The notes below the pieces were generated by a model. It was given only the letters and a program-made list of their open reading frames with translations, had not been told where the DNA came from and searched no databases. DNA of 64,000 nt from positions 83,163-147,162 of the forward strand of contig JAPLVY010000004.1 of NCBI GenBank assembly GCA_026396875.1. The letters are read 5' to 3'. The stretch comes from Candidatus Falkowbacteria bacterium (GTDB lineage: Bacteria > Patescibacteriota > Patescibacteriia > Patescibacteriales > UBA12465). Position 1 is the stretch's first letter; each line of letters starts with the position of its first letter. The translations under genes were made by a program, and so were the position numbers. Shown here piece by piece: positions 1 to 10,069 of the stretch.

Positions 1-1171
1 TCTTTCGGCCAAGTTTAATCGATATTCTTTTTTCATCTTTGATTTCGCCGTCTAGAGCGTCTATAGAATTAGCGGTTAGATTGAGTATTATTTGGCTAAA
101 CTTAAGCGGGTCACCAAAAATTTCTAATTCTTCGAGGTGACGAAACTTTATTAATACTTTTGATGTATTTGCACGGTAGGTCAAAAGAGAAAGCACCTCT
201 TTGACCTCTTGGTTTAAGGAAAACTGTTGTCTGCTATCTTCTTTTTTTAACTGTTTTTTCACACCAATAATTAAAATCTCCATTCTTTTGGCGGCGGAGA
301 TAGCTTGCTCAACTTTTTCTGATGTTTCTTGATAACGCGACTCTTTGCTTAGTTGCTCTAAGTTCAGAGATATGGCAGTTAGCGGGTTAATTAGGTCGTG
401 AAAAATTCCTGAAGAAATTCTACCGAATTCGGCGAAGCGGTATAGCTGCCCGATTTTTTCCATTTGCATTTTTTGTAATTCATTTGTTCTTTTCTCCACA
501 GTTATTTCTAAATTATCTCTTTCAAGAGCTAGCGACTTTTCCGATTTTCTAGCTCTACTAAGAGAGTTTTCGATTTCATGGTTTGAAAGCCAGGACATTG
601 TTGCCATTATAGATAGAGTAATAACAATAGGGATAGCGTCGTAAATAGTGGCCATCTCAGAAGCCCAGTAGATGTTCGGTTTAACTATTCCGTGCCCTTG
701 CAAATATCCGAGGGTAGCTAGATAAAAAGAAATACCGGCGGTTGCCGCTAATGAGAAACGGTTATTAATCAAAGTTCCAGAGGCAAGGATTGTAAAAGCA
801 TAAAGCAGGAGGCTTTGTGGTAAATCTATACCCCAGTGATAGGAAAGATATAGGTTTGGGACTAAAAAAATAGAGAGAAATATTAAAGAGGCAGCTTTTA
901 TTTTTCCGAGTCTAGATAAGCAGTGGGCCAAAATAAATACCGCCGTCATTATCAAAAAGACGATTGGTGAAAATCCTCGATCCTTCCCGTCAATCAGATC
1001 GATTACTTCTCTAACGAAAGACAAAAGAAGAATGGCTGCCATTAGCACCTCCGAAGCGATAAGCAAAACGTTTAAGATGAATTCTTTTCGGCGAACATCT
1101 TCATTGGAGTTTTTTGGGGCGATTAGTCCGAGATATATTCTCCTAATAAGTTTTTGGTAATGCTTTTTCAT
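1..1171 (-). CDS. sensor histidine kinase (N-terminal part; C-terminus runs off the window start)
   Basis: Not in the ORF track because there is no stop in the window. My own translation from the rc ATG at 1169-1171 gives hydrophobic TM segments, the H-box 'ISSGIFHDLINPLTAI' (nt ~371-418) and an N-box-like 'NLTANSIDA'. It sits next to a response regulator. Confidence 0.8.
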   Translation of the reverse strand, partial: MKKHYQKLIRRIYLGLIAPKNSNEDVRRKEFILNVLLIASEVLMAAILLLSFVREVIDLIDGKDRGFSPIVFLIMTAVFILAHCLSRLGKIKAASLIFLSIFLVPNLYLSYHWGIDLPQSLLLYAFTILASGTLINNRFSLAATAGISFYLATLGYLQGHGIVKPNIYWASEMATIYDAIPIVITLSIMATMSWLSNHEIENSLSRARKSEKSLALERDNLEITVEKRTNELQKMQMEKIGQLYRFAEFGRISSGIFHDLINPLTAISLNLEQLSKESRYQETSEKVEQAISAAKRMEILIIGVKKQLKKEDSRQQFSLNQEVKEVLSLLTYRANTSKVLIKFRHLEELEIFGDPLKFSQIILNLTANSIDALDGEIKDEKRISIKLGRK

Positions 1172-1318
1172 ATTTTTATTTTTACAGCCAGGGTTTTCCT
1201 GATATGAAGGGAGGAGGTGATGCTGGCTAATACGCTTAGGTGGTTATTTTTGAGATTTTTTTCGTTTTTCTTTCCGTTTTTTATTTTTTGTATTTCTATG
1301 GCTTACTCGGAATAATTT

Positions 1319-1993
1319 TTAGACCCTTGGAGCTTCTAGCTTATATCCTCTACCGGGCAAAGTGCTAATTATTTTTTGTTTTTTATCATTCAATTTTTTT
1401 CTTAGTTTTAGAATATGCATTTCAATTGTATTGGAAAATGGATCACCGTTAATATCCCAAACTGCTTCTAGTATTTTAGTTCGTGACAAAACTTTCCCCT
1501 GATTTTTTACCATGAACGCCAATAGGGAGAATTCTTTACTAGTTAAATTCACAGATTTTCCCCTATGGTGTACCGAGAAGTTTTCCGGATCAATAGAAAT
1601 TTGTCCACAGGATAGAGTTTTTGTTTCTTTGATTTTTGGTCTTCTTCCAACGGCATTAATTCTTGCTGAAAGTTCGGCCATAGAAAATGGTTTAGTTAAA
1701 TAATCATCTCCCCCTAGCTCTAGAGCGCTGATTTTATCATCAAGCTCAGAGCGGACAGTTAACATGATAATCGGCGTGCTATTTTTTTCGGCACGGATTT
1801 CCCTGATTACCTCCAGGCCATTAATTTTTGGCAGCATGTAGTCTAAAAGAATAAGATCATACTCATTGGTTCGGGCAAGAAACGAACCTTCTTCGCCATC
1901 ACGAGCACTGTCAACGATGTGATTTTCACTTTTTAAAGCTTGAACGAGAAAGGCATTCATTGCCGCCTCATCTTCGACAACCAAGATTTTCAT
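1319..1993 (-). CDS. OmpR-family response regulator (receiver + winged-helix)
   Basis: 224 aa. Receiver motifs 'MKILVVEDE', 'LILLDYMLP', 'LTKPF'; C-terminal wHTH ending '...TLPGRGYKL'. Confidence 0.9.
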   Translation of the reverse strand: MKILVVEDEAAMNAFLVQALKSENHIVDSARDGEEGSFLARTNEYDLILLDYMLPKINGLEVIREIRAEKNSTPIIMLTVRSELDDKISALELGGDDYLTKPFSMAELSARINAVGRRPKIKETKTLSCGQISIDPENFSVHHRGKSVNLTSKEFSLLAFMVKNQGKVLSRTKILEAVWDINGDPFSNTIEMHILKLRKKLNDKKQKIISTLPGRGYKLEAPRV

Positions 1994-2051
1994 AGGTTTT
2001 TTTGTTTATGATTTTTGTTTTTGAAAACTATATCAGTATTTTATCACAAAC

Positions 2052-2068
2052 TAGATAAATTTTATCTA
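2052..2068. promoter_or_regulatory. perfect 8+1+8 palindrome tagataaaTtttatcta in a divergent intergenic region (candidate operator)
   Basis: Read directly. Lies between the response-regulator start (1993) and the PBP2 gene. AT-rich, so chance occurrence is possible. Confidence 0.2.
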
Positions 2069-2168
2069 AACTTGGCTTAAAGCCTGGGTAAAACTTTTTT
2101 AAGTCATTTTTCTTGACTAAAATTATTTGTTTGTTTTCTCCCCCCAAACCTGCTATAATCCAATTAAT

Positions 2169-4286
2169 ATGCGCAAAAAATGGGCATTTTCCAATAAGTC
2201 GCTCACCGAAAAGGAAGAAACCATGGACAACCCCTTTGTCGTTAAAGAGGGGCGTTTTGGCGCCCTCAAGGACTCGTTTTATTATACCGATTGGACTGAA
2301 CACTCCTTCATTGCCGACAACACCAAACGCTCGGAAGCGGTCGGTCTTACCTTTGACTTGAGACGCTTATTTTGGGCACGTCTGGTGCTCATTGTTTTTG
2401 TTGGCATCATTATTTCCCGGGCAATTTTCTTGCAAATTATCAAGGGTGATTATTATTACGGCCTGTCAGAAGGGAATCGTTTGCGTTCAGAAATCATTGA
2501 GGCCAAGAGAGGTATTATTTATGATCGCAACCTCGTCCCCTTGGTCCATAATTCCGCCAACTTCGTGCTCTATGTTATTCCTCACGATTTACCAAAAGAT
2601 GAAGTGACGCGCGACGCCTTATTGAGACAGGTTGTGGACATTTTGCCGAGCCCAACCAGTACTAGTGTTCAGACTAATCTCGCCACCGACCCGAATTTGG
2701 TTCAGGATAATCCCTTATTTTTTCAATTCAAAGAACAGCTCGCTGCCATCAAGCCCAGTTCCTACAAGACCTATGAGCCTTTTGTGCTAGCCGACAACAT
2801 CGACTATGACCGGGCGATGCGCTTATATTTAGAATGCGACGGTGAGCCGGGGATTTTTCTCTCCAACAAAATTCGCCGCAGTTATGAAATTTCCGAAGCC
2901 GACAATAGCGCCTCCTTGTCCCACGTGCTTGGTTATACCGGAAAAATTAGTGAGAAAGAACTGGCAGAAAAGGCCAAGCTATATACGCCGATTGACTACA
3001 TCGGTAAATCGGGGATTGAATATGTTTGGGAAAAAGAATTAAAAGGAATCCCTGGGCGTAAGGATTCGGAAGTTGATGCCCTTGGCCGTGTAAACAAAGT
3101 GGTGAGTGAAACTTTGGCGGTGGATGGTGCCAATCTGGAATTGTCTATTGATAAAGGATTGCAGCAACAAAGCGAAATGGTCTTGCGTCGCTATTTGGAA
3201 AAACTTGGTCTCACTTCTGGTTCTGTGGTTGCGCTTGATCCGCGAAACGGCGAGGTTTTGGCGATGGTTTCTTTGCCAGCCTACGACAACAATCTTTTTG
3301 CCCGTGGTATTACTTCGGATGAATATCAAAAATTTATTAGCGATCCGGCGATGCCGCTTTTTAACCGTTCTATTTCTGGTGAATACCCCTCTGGTTCAAC
3401 TGTTAAAATTGTTGTCTCTACCGCTGCCCTGCAAGAGAAGGTGATTTCTGAAAGCACCACCGTCGTTTCCACTGGCGGCCTGCACGTTGGTCAATGGTTT
3501 TTCCCAGACTGGAAACCGGGTGGTCACGGCGTGGTTGATGTCAGGAAAGCGATTGCCAATTCGGTTAATACTTTTTTCTACTACGTCGGCGGTGGCTATC
3601 AAGGATTTGTGGGGTTAGGGGTTGATCGCTTGGAAAAATATTTCAAACTCTTTGGATTGAATACAAAATCTGGCATCGATTTAACTGGCGAGCGCACCGG
3701 TTTTGTGCCTAGCGCTGCTTGGAAAAAAGAAGTGAAAGGTGAATCTTGGTATATTGGCGACACCTATCACCTGGCTATTGGCCAGGGGGATTTAACCGTC
3801 ACTCCACTTCAGGTAGCAAACTATACTGCTGCCGTGGCCAATGGCGGTACTCTCTATCAGCCGCGAGTTGTGAAAGCGATTTTGGATAGCAACAATCAAT
3901 TAGTTGAAAACGTTTTGCCAAAAATCATTCGTGGCAATTTGGCTGATCCAAATAATTTGCGCATCGTGAGAGAGGGTATGCGTGAAACGGTCACTGCCGG
4001 TTCGGCGCGTAGTTTGCAAACCGTCCCAGTTCCAGTAGCCGGTAAAACTGGTACGGCGCAGTGGAGCAGCAAAAAATATCCGCACGCCTGGTTTGCTGGT
4101 TTTGCCCCTTATGACGATCCACAAATCGCTATTGTGGTTTTAGTTGAGGAAGGTCGCGAAGGAAGTTCGGTCGCAACGCCAATTGCCAAAGAAATTTTAA
4201 CCTGGTATTTTGGTGGGCGGGGAGTGGTCGCACCAGACAAAATTGAAGTTGTTCCGCCAATTGCCACTAGCACCGTGATTGATTAG
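2169..4286 (+). CDS. penicillin-binding protein 2 / FtsI-family peptidoglycan transpeptidase
   Basis: ORF 2127..4286. N-terminal TM 'LVLIVFVGIIISRAIF'; transpeptidase motifs S-T-V-K ('SGSTVKIV'), S-x-N ('NSVNTFF') and K-T-G ('AGKTGTAQ'). The start is uncertain (2127, 2169 or 2223). Confidence 0.85.
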   Translation: MRKKWAFSNKSLTEKEETMDNPFVVKEGRFGALKDSFYYTDWTEHSFIADNTKRSEAVGLTFDLRRLFWARLVLIVFVGIIISRAIFLQIIKGDYYYGLSEGNRLRSEIIEAKRGIIYDRNLVPLVHNSANFVLYVIPHDLPKDEVTRDALLRQVVDILPSPTSTSVQTNLATDPNLVQDNPLFFQFKEQLAAIKPSSYKTYEPFVLADNIDYDRAMRLYLECDGEPGIFLSNKIRRSYEISEADNSASLSHVLGYTGKISEKELAEKAKLYTPIDYIGKSGIEYVWEKELKGIPGRKDSEVDALGRVNKVVSETLAVDGANLELSIDKGLQQQSEMVLRRYLEKLGLTSGSVVALDPRNGEVLAMVSLPAYDNNLFARGITSDEYQKFISDPAMPLFNRSISGEYPSGSTVKIVVSTAALQEKVISESTTVVSTGGLHVGQWFFPDWKPGGHGVVDVRKAIANSVNTFFYYVGGGYQGFVGLGVDRLEKYFKLFGLNTKSGIDLTGERTGFVPSAAWKKEVKGESWYIGDTYHLAIGQGDLTVTPLQVANYTAAVANGGTLYQPRVVKAILDSNNQLVENVLPKIIRGNLADPNNLRIVREGMRETVTAGSARSLQTVPVPVAGKTGTAQWSSKKYPHAWFAGFAPYDDPQIAIVVLVEEGREGSSVATPIAKEILTWYFGGRGVVAPDKIEVVPPIATSTVID

Positions 4287-4314
4287 TAAATAAAAATATT
4301 AAAACACCAATTCT

Positions 4315-4827
4315 ATGCCCCTTTGGCTACATCTCTTAACCCATTTTTTATTGGCAGTTCTGGTCGCTTGGATTTTTTATCGTGCCTCAAAACTGCGCTG
4401 GATTTCTTTTACCGCCGCCATCATGGGTGGGTTTTTTATCGATGTCGATCATATTATTGAATATCTTATTGTTTTTCATCGCTTTACTCTTCAAGGATTT
4501 TTTTATGGTTGGCAATTCTTGTGGAGTGGTAAAAGTTATTTAATCTTTCATGCCTGGGAGTACTTGCCGATTTTACTCTTGCTTGCTTATTTTTTGCGTC
4601 ACTATCGCAAGGTAGCAATTTTTATAGCCATTCTGGCTGGCGCGGGAGCGGTTCACTTGGTGACCGATTGTTTTATTAATCAATATCCCGCAGAGTTCTA
4701 TTCTATTAATTATCGCTTGGCTCACAATTTTTCTGCCGAAGAGTTGGTTCCGCCCAAGAATTTAATTTTGGGGAGGGAGGAATATCAGAAATGGTACCCA
4801 GAAATGAAGCTGGAATCAGAGCGTTAA
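4315..4827 (+). CDS. integral membrane protein, possibly a YdjM/DUF457-like metal-dependent hydrolase
   Basis: 170 aa, four or more hydrophobic segments, 'FFIDVDHIIEY' motif. Family assignment is by recollection only. Confidence 0.4.
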   Translation: MPLWLHLLTHFLLAVLVAWIFYRASKLRWISFTAAIMGGFFIDVDHIIEYLIVFHRFTLQGFFYGWQFLWSGKSYLIFHAWEYLPILLLLAYFLRHYRKVAIFIAILAGAGAVHLVTDCFINQYPAEFYSINYRLAHNFSAEELVPPKNLILGREEYQKWYPEMKLESER

Positions 4828-4858
4828 AACTACTAATAACTTCTCACGCTAGTGAGTT

Positions 4859-4893
4859 AACCCGGCTTATTTCTCGGAAATGGCCGGGTTTTT
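4859..4893 (+). terminator. rho-independent terminator
   Basis: Stem aacccggc / gccgggtt followed by a T-run. Confidence 0.6.
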
Positions 4894-4924
4894 GATTTTT
4901 AAAAATTAGCCAAAAAACCACCTT

Positions 4925-4951
4925 TTAGCACTCTCTTGACTAGAGTGCTAA
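4925..4951 (+). promoter_or_regulatory. CIRCE operator (HrcA binding site)
   Basis: TTAGCACTC-N9-GAGTGCTAA is an exact match to the CIRCE consensus, located 34 nt upstream of hrcA. Confidence 0.92.
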
Positions 4952-4964
4952 TTTGCTATATAAT
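4936..4964 (+). promoter_or_regulatory. sigma-70-type promoter of the heat-shock operon, overlapped by CIRCE
   Basis: TTGACT, 17 nt spacer, TATAAT. Confidence 0.7.
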
Positions 4965-4984
4965 ACCAAAGCAAAGATAAAAAT

Positions 4985-5677
4985 ATGATTCTTGATCGCA
5001 AAAAATTAATTCTCCAAACCATCATCAGAGAGCATATTCAGACCGCTCAGCCGGTTTCCTCTGGCGCTTTGGTGGATAAGTACAAGCTTGGTGTTTCCAC
5101 GGCCACAGTCAGGAATGACATGATGGAACTGGAGGAAGAAGGCTATATTTTTCAGCCTCACACCTCCGCTGGTCGTATCCCAACGCCGCGTGCTTATGAA
5201 GAGGAAGCAAAATTGCTTAGCTCCGAAGAGAAGCGCAAGCCCTTGAAAGATTCCGAGCGGAGCATTCTTTCGGCAGCTTTTAAAAATGAGGAAGCAGCCT
5301 TTAAACAAGTTGCCAAATTAATTTCCGAGTTTTCTGGCAGTGCAATTTTCTGGGCCTTTCACAAAAATAATTTCTTTCACACCGGTCTCGCTAATCTTTT
5401 TTCTCAGCCGGAGTTTCGCCAAGTAGAGGCTGTCTGTGATGTTTCTGGCGTGATTGATAAAATGGAAGAAATCATTAGTGGTTTATTTGAAGAATTGCCG
5501 CAGGGGACAAGGATTCTGGTCGGCGAGAGCAACCCTTTTGGAAATTTCTTGAGTGTTACTTTGCTCAAATATAATAATTCTGGACAGACTGGAGTATTCG
5601 GTATTTTGAGTCCAATCCGGGCCGATTATGGCCACAATCTTTCACTAGTAGAATTCTTGCAAGAACAATTTAATTAA
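4985..5677 (+). CDS. hrcA: heat-inducible transcription repressor HrcA (short form, 230 aa)
   Basis: N-terminal wHTH 'IIREHIQTAQPVSSGALVDKYKLGVSTATVRNDMMELEEEGYIFQPHTSAGRIP'. CIRCE lies upstream and grpE follows. Confidence 0.8.
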   Translation: MILDRKKLILQTIIREHIQTAQPVSSGALVDKYKLGVSTATVRNDMMELEEEGYIFQPHTSAGRIPTPRAYEEEAKLLSSEEKRKPLKDSERSILSAAFKNEEAAFKQVAKLISEFSGSAIFWAFHKNNFFHTGLANLFSQPEFRQVEAVCDVSGVIDKMEEIISGLFEELPQGTRILVGESNPFGNFLSVTLLKYNNSGQTGVFGILSPIRADYGHNLSLVEFLQEQFN

Positions 5678-5682
5678 AATTT

Positions 5683-6477
5683 ATGGAAAGCAAAAAAGAA
5701 AATCAAATTTTAGTTGCCGCCCACGGCTTCATCATCAACTCTCAGAATGAAATATTACTTCTCAAGGAAAAGGATGGCGATTTGCTTCTGGGGCTCACAG
5801 GACTAATTAGTTTGGGCCATGACCCTTTAGAGGTAATTAAGCGCAAGGCGCTCAAGGAGCTGAATTTAAAAGTAAATAATTTTGCCATTTTTGATTCCGG
5901 GTTAGTTGACGGCTTATTGGTTTTAAGATTTATCGCCACCGATTTTTCCGGAGAAGTAAAACTCGAAGGAAAGTACGCAGAGTCCTCTTGGCATAGCTTT
6001 TCTGCCGCTAGAGAACTAAAAAATATTTGTCCGCATGTCAAAAAAGCGCTAGCTAAAATGGAATTAGAGCTTGAAAAATCAGCTTCTGAGCAGAAATACT
6101 TGAGAGCCTTGGCGGATTATCAGAACCTGCTTCGTCAGCACGCTTCCGATAAGAGTGACTTTGTAAAATTCGCTCTTTCTAGTTTCTTGGAAGAAATTTT
6201 ACCAGTTTATGATCACTTAAAAATGTCTGTTGCCAGTCTGCCGGAGGAAGAGAAAAATAATTCCTGGGTTATGGGCGTAACTTATGTCTTGAAACAATTC
6301 AAGGAAACTCTCGAAAGTCATGGTATCGAAGAAATCAAAACTGTCGGTGAAAACTTTGATCATCACACCATGGAAGCTCTCGAGGGACAAGGAGAAAAGG
6401 TGACCAAGGAAATCATGGCTGGCTACAAATTAAACAGTAAACTAATCCGCGCCGCCAAAGTGGTGGTGGGGGAATAA
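5683..6477 (+). CDS. grpE: GrpE nucleotide exchange factor with an extra ~125-aa N-terminal Nudix-like domain
   Basis: The C-terminal half is GrpE-like ('YLRALADYQNLLRQ', 'FDHHTMEAL', 'GYKLNSKLIRAAKVVV'). The N-terminal half resembles a degenerate Nudix fold ('LGHDPLEVIKRKALKELNLKV'). Confidence 0.85.
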   Translation: MESKKENQILVAAHGFIINSQNEILLLKEKDGDLLLGLTGLISLGHDPLEVIKRKALKELNLKVNNFAIFDSGLVDGLLVLRFIATDFSGEVKLEGKYAESSWHSFSAARELKNICPHVKKALAKMELELEKSASEQKYLRALADYQNLLRQHASDKSDFVKFALSSFLEEILPVYDHLKMSVASLPEEEKNNSWVMGVTYVLKQFKETLESHGIEEIKTVGENFDHHTMEALEGQGEKVTKEIMAGYKLNSKLIRAAKVVVGE

Positions 6478-6552
6478 ATAATAAATTTTTTTCTGTTTAT
6501 TATTCTGAAAGCCCGTGCAGGCAGAACTTAAGCAGAAAATATTAAAAAACAT

Positions 6553-6975
6553 ATGTCACTTATCAAATGGACCCCATTCTTCTCTGATGATGAAATGGAT
6601 AAAGCCTTCGGCGATTTTCTGCCAGCAGTGCGTGGTGACCAATTTGGTTTTACTCCTGCTGTCGACATGTATGAAGATAAAGATAATATTATCGTCGAGA
6701 CTCAATTAGCTGGTATCGATCCAGAAAAGGTTGATATCTCTGTGGAAAATAATGTTTTGTGCTTGAAAGGTGAAAGCGAAAAGAAGAGTGAAGTCGATGA
6801 TAAAAATTATTACCGCAAAGAAATCCGTCGCGGTTCTTTCTATCGCAGCATTGCCTTGCCGGCAAAAGTAGACAGCGATAAGGCGGTCGCAACGAATGAA
6901 GGCGGAATGCTGAAAATCGTTATCCCCAAAGCGGCAGAGATAAAAGCAAAGAAAATTGAAATTCAGAAAAAATAA
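6553..6975 (+). CDS. small heat-shock protein (Hsp20/alpha-crystallin family)
   Basis: 140 aa. 'PAVDMYEDKDNIIVETQLAGIDPEKVDISVENNVLCLKGE...GSFYRSIALP...GMLKIVIPK'. Confidence 0.9.
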   Translation: MSLIKWTPFFSDDEMDKAFGDFLPAVRGDQFGFTPAVDMYEDKDNIIVETQLAGIDPEKVDISVENNVLCLKGESEKKSEVDDKNYYRKEIRRGSFYRSIALPAKVDSDKAVATNEGGMLKIVIPKAAEIKAKKIEIQKK

Positions 6976-6986
6976 TTATAAATTAT

Positions 6987-7334
6987 ATGGCTAAGAAAAA
7001 TGCCGCAAATAGTTTTAAGGACTATTGTCGGTTGGCCCTGGAGACACGTAAGCACTACACCAAATTGGAGCAGAAAAATTGCGGTCGCAATTGGACCAAA
7101 GAAGAGATCGCTCAAGGATTTGTGGTTGATGTTGGTGATTTAATGAAAGAGGTGATGAAACAAGCTGGCTTACGTGGTGAAAAAAATCGGGCGACACTTA
7201 GTCATGAATTATGCGATTGTCTGTGGAGTATTTTTGTTCTAGCGGACAAATATAAAATAGATCTAGCAGAAGAATTTCCAAAAAACATGGAAATCTTGCA
7301 AGCCAAAGTTAAAGATAAATTAAAACAAAAATAA
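6987..7334 (+). CDS. MazG-like all-alpha nucleotide pyrophosphohydrolase (putative)
   Basis: 115 aa. 'VDVGDLMKEV' and 'SHELCDCLWSIFVLADKYKIDLAEEF' fit the MazG-like helix pattern. The EExGE motif is degenerate. Confidence 0.5.
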   Translation: MAKKNAANSFKDYCRLALETRKHYTKLEQKNCGRNWTKEEIAQGFVVDVGDLMKEVMKQAGLRGEKNRATLSHELCDCLWSIFVLADKYKIDLAEEFPKNMEILQAKVKDKLKQK

Positions 7335-7356
7335 TTAAATTTTTAAATATAAAACT

Positions 7357-9243
7357 ATGGGAAAGATTTTAGGAATTGATTTGGGTACCACCAACTCCGC
7401 CATGGCGATCATGGAGGGCGGGGCACCAAAAATCATTGAAAACATTGAAGGTAATCGCACCACCCCTAGCACCGAAGCAGTTTCTAAAAACGGTGAACGT
7501 CTAGTGGGCGCGGCTGCCAAAAGACAAGCAGTTATTAATCCGGAGAATACCGTTTATGCCGTTAAACGTCTGATCGGTCGTCACTTCAAAGACGAAGAAG
7601 TGCAGCGCGATTTAAACACCATGCCTTATAAAATTGTTCAGGCCGGTGAAGGCGTTAAGGTGAAAATGGGAGACAAAGATTATGCTCCGCAAGAAATTTC
7701 GGCAATGGTTTTATCCAAACTGAAAGCCGATGCTGAAGCAAAAATTGGTGAAAAAATTACTCAGGCTATTATCACGGTGCCGGCTTATTTTGATGATGCT
7801 CAACGTCAGGCCACCAAAGACGCTGGCGTAATCGCTGGCTTGGAGGTAATGCGCATTATTAACGAACCGACTGCTGCTGCGCTTGCTTACGGTTTCGATA
7901 AAAAACAAGGGCAGAAGATTGTTGTCTACGATTTAGGCGGCGGTACTTTTGATGTTTCGGTTTTGGATATTTCCGCCGATACAGTTGAGGTAAAGTCCAC
8001 CAACGGCGACACCCATCTCGGTGGCGAAGACTTTGATAAAAGAATTATCGATTGGATTATTGCTGAATTCAAAAAAGATCAGGGCATTGATTTATCCAAA
8101 GATACTCTTGCTCTTCAGCGCATTAAGGAGGCAGCAGAAAAGGCAAAAATTGAACTTTCCACTGCTATGGAAACCGAAATTAATCAGCCGTTTATTTCTA
8201 CTGATGCCAATGGTCCAAAACACTTGGTCATGAAAATGACCCGTGCTCAATTGGAAAATTTGGTCGGTGATTTGGTGGAAAAAACTATTGAACCATGCAA
8301 AAAAGCTTTGTCCGATTCCGGTTTTAACTTGAATGAAATTAATGAAGTGATCATGGTCGGCGGCATGACTCGCATGCCTTTGGTTCTTCAGAAAGTCAAA
8401 GAGTTCTTTGGCAAGGAGCCAAATCTCAGCGTTAATCCAGACGAAGTTGTAGCTCTTGGTGCCGCAGTTCAAGCTGGTGTTTTGCAGGGCGACGTAAAAG
8501 ACGTTTTACTTCTAGATGTCACTCCGCTTACTCTCGGTATTGAAACCTTGGGCGGTGTTGCTACTCCGCTCATCGAAAGAAACACCACTATTCCAACTGC
8601 CAAATCTCAGGTATTTTCTACGGCAGCTGACGGTCAGACCAGTGTGGAAATCCACATTGTTCAGGGCGAGAGACCAATGGCTTCTGACAATAAAACTCTT
8701 GGAAAATTCATGTTGGATGGTATTCCGAATGCTCCTCGTGGCGTTCCTCAGGTCGAAGTAAATTTTGATCTTGATGCCAACGGAATTTTGAATGTCAGCG
8801 CGACTGATAAAGCAACTGGTAAACAGCAAAAAATCACCATCACTGCTTCTTCTGGGCTTTCCAAGGAAGAAGTAGAAAAGATGAAGAAGGAGGCAGAAAT
8901 GCACGCCGAAGAAGATAATAAAAAGAAGGAACAGGTAGAAATCAAGAACCAGGCCGATGCCGTTGTTTTCACTACTGAAAAAATGATCAAAGAATCTGGT
9001 GACAAGATGAAAGTCGAAGATAAGACCGCTTTGGAAGAGAAGGTTGAAGAATTGAAAAAATTAAAAGACTCCACGGACATCGAGGCGATTAAGAAAAAAA
9101 TGGAAGAGTTGAATGAAGTTGCTCAAAAAATCGGAGCAGCGATGTATCAACAGCCGGGAGCAGAAGCGCCAACTGGCGCCGAGGCACCAGCCGAAGAAAA
9201 GAAAGATGAAAATGTGGTTGAGGGTGAAGTAGAAAGTAAGTAA
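7357..9243 (+). CDS. dnaK: molecular chaperone DnaK (Hsp70)
   Basis: 628 aa. '[12 protein letters not shown]', '[10 protein letters not shown]', '[11 protein letters not shown]'-type motifs and an acidic C-terminus. Confidence 0.98.
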   Translation: MGKILGIDLGTTNSAMAIMEGGAPKIIENIEGNRTTPSTEAVSKNGERLVGAAAKRQAVINPENTVYAVKRLIGRHFKDEEVQRDLNTMPYKIVQAGEGVKVKMGDKDYAPQEISAMVLSKLKADAEAKIGEKITQAIITVPAYFDDAQRQATKDAGVIAGLEVMRIINEPTAAALAYGFDKKQGQKIVVYDLGGGTFDVSVLDISADTVEVKSTNGDTHLGGEDFDKRIIDWIIAEFKKDQGIDLSKDTLALQRIKEAAEKAKIELSTAMETEINQPFISTDANGPKHLVMKMTRAQLENLVGDLVEKTIEPCKKALSDSGFNLNEINEVIMVGGMTRMPLVLQKVKEFFGKEPNLSVNPDEVVALGAAVQAGVLQGDVKDVLLLDVTPLTLGIETLGGVATPLIERNTTIPTAKSQVFSTAADGQTSVEIHIVQGERPMASDNKTLGKFMLDGIPNAPRGVPQVEVNFDLDANGILNVSATDKATGKQQKITITASSGLSKEEVEKMKKEAEMHAEEDNKKKEQVEIKNQADAVVFTTEKMIKESGDKMKVEDKTALEEKVEELKKLKDSTDIEAIKKKMEELNEVAQKIGAAMYQQPGAEAPTGAEAPAEEKKDENVVEGEVESK

Positions 9244-9259
9244 TTATTGATTGCGCCTG

Positions 9260-9285
9260 GCCGCCTCTTTAAATTTAGGGGCGGC
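9260..9285 (+). terminator. GC-rich stem-loop just after the dnaK stop (possible attenuator; weak T-run)
   Basis: gccgcctc / ggggcggc, 8 bp including one G-U pair, with a 10-nt loop. Confidence 0.35.
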
Positions 9286-9304
9286 TTGCAGAATTAATAA
9301 AAAA

Positions 9305-10066
9305 ATGGAAAAGATATTTATTGAAAATAAACTTGGTGAAAAAATCGCTATCTTAATTGATAAAGCAGTAAAGCCGGCCGGTTTAGCTTTTATTGCTCAT
9401 GGACTTGGCGATAACAAAGACTCTCTGCACATTCAAAAAATTGCTGAGATTTTTTTGAATAATAATTATAGTGTCGTGCGTTTCGATACTCGCAATACTT
9501 TCGGCGAGAGCGCTGGAAAATTTGAAGATGCCACGGTGACTAACTATCTCGAAGATTTAGAAGAAGTAATTAACTGGTCCAAGAAGCAGGACTTTTTTAT
9601 TTCCCCCTTCATTCTCTGTGGTCACAGTATTGGCTCAATGACCGCGGCGGTTTATGCCGAAAAACATCCACAGGAGGTCAAAGCTCTTGCTCCTTTTTCC
9701 GCAGTGGTGAATGCTGAACTCAGTAAAGAACAATACAGTCCAGAAGAATTAAAAAACTGGCAGGACAGCGGTTGGTTGGTTGAAGATTGGGACGGGCGTG
9801 AAATTCGTCTCAAGTACGCCTACTGGCAAAGCAAAATGAAATACGATCTTCTACCTGCAGTCGATAAATTGACGATGCCAGTTCTGCTTGTGGTGGGAGA
9901 AAATGATCACTGCACTCTCCCGCGCCATCAGAAAATACTATTCGACCGCTTGTCAGGAGAGAAAGAGTTTCATATTATCAAAGATGCACCGCACACTTTC
10001 CGCAGCGAAAAAAACTTACAAGAACTGCAAATAATTTTGGATAACTGGCTTAAAACTTTAAACTAA
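9305..10066 (+). CDS. alpha/beta-fold hydrolase
   Basis: Nucleophile elbow 'GHSIGS', later 'GENDH' and 'DAPHTF'. ATG at 9305 is preferred over the track start at 9251. Confidence 0.7.
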   Translation: MEKIFIENKLGEKIAILIDKAVKPAGLAFIAHGLGDNKDSLHIQKIAEIFLNNNYSVVRFDTRNTFGESAGKFEDATVTNYLEDLEEVINWSKKQDFFISPFILCGHSIGSMTAAVYAEKHPQEVKALAPFSAVVNAELSKEQYSPEELKNWQDSGWLVEDWDGREIRLKYAYWQSKMKYDLLPAVDKLTMPVLLVVGENDHCTLPRHQKILFDRLSGEKEFHIIKDAPHTFRSEKNLQELQIILDNWLKTLN

Positions 10067-10069
10067 CTT

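Noticed and set aside
7711-9080. Multiple 60-130 aa ORFs antisense or out of frame within dnaK. Similar ones lie inside atpA, atpD, atpG, gatB, dnaB, PBP2 and other genes.
   Set aside because: They lie entirely inside strongly supported conserved genes, have low-complexity or implausible sequences and no start signals. These are typical shadow ORFs.
9251-9304. N-terminal extensions in the ORF track (9251, 23317, 27971, 31939..32535, 36584, 42387, 47887, 54023, 59886 starts).
   Set aside because: The extensions overlap upstream genes, terminators or promoters and begin with rare codons. Internal ATG or GTG starts give canonical N-termini (for example L21 'MKIAIIKTGGKQY', GT2 'MDLSIIIVNY', prepilin leaders).
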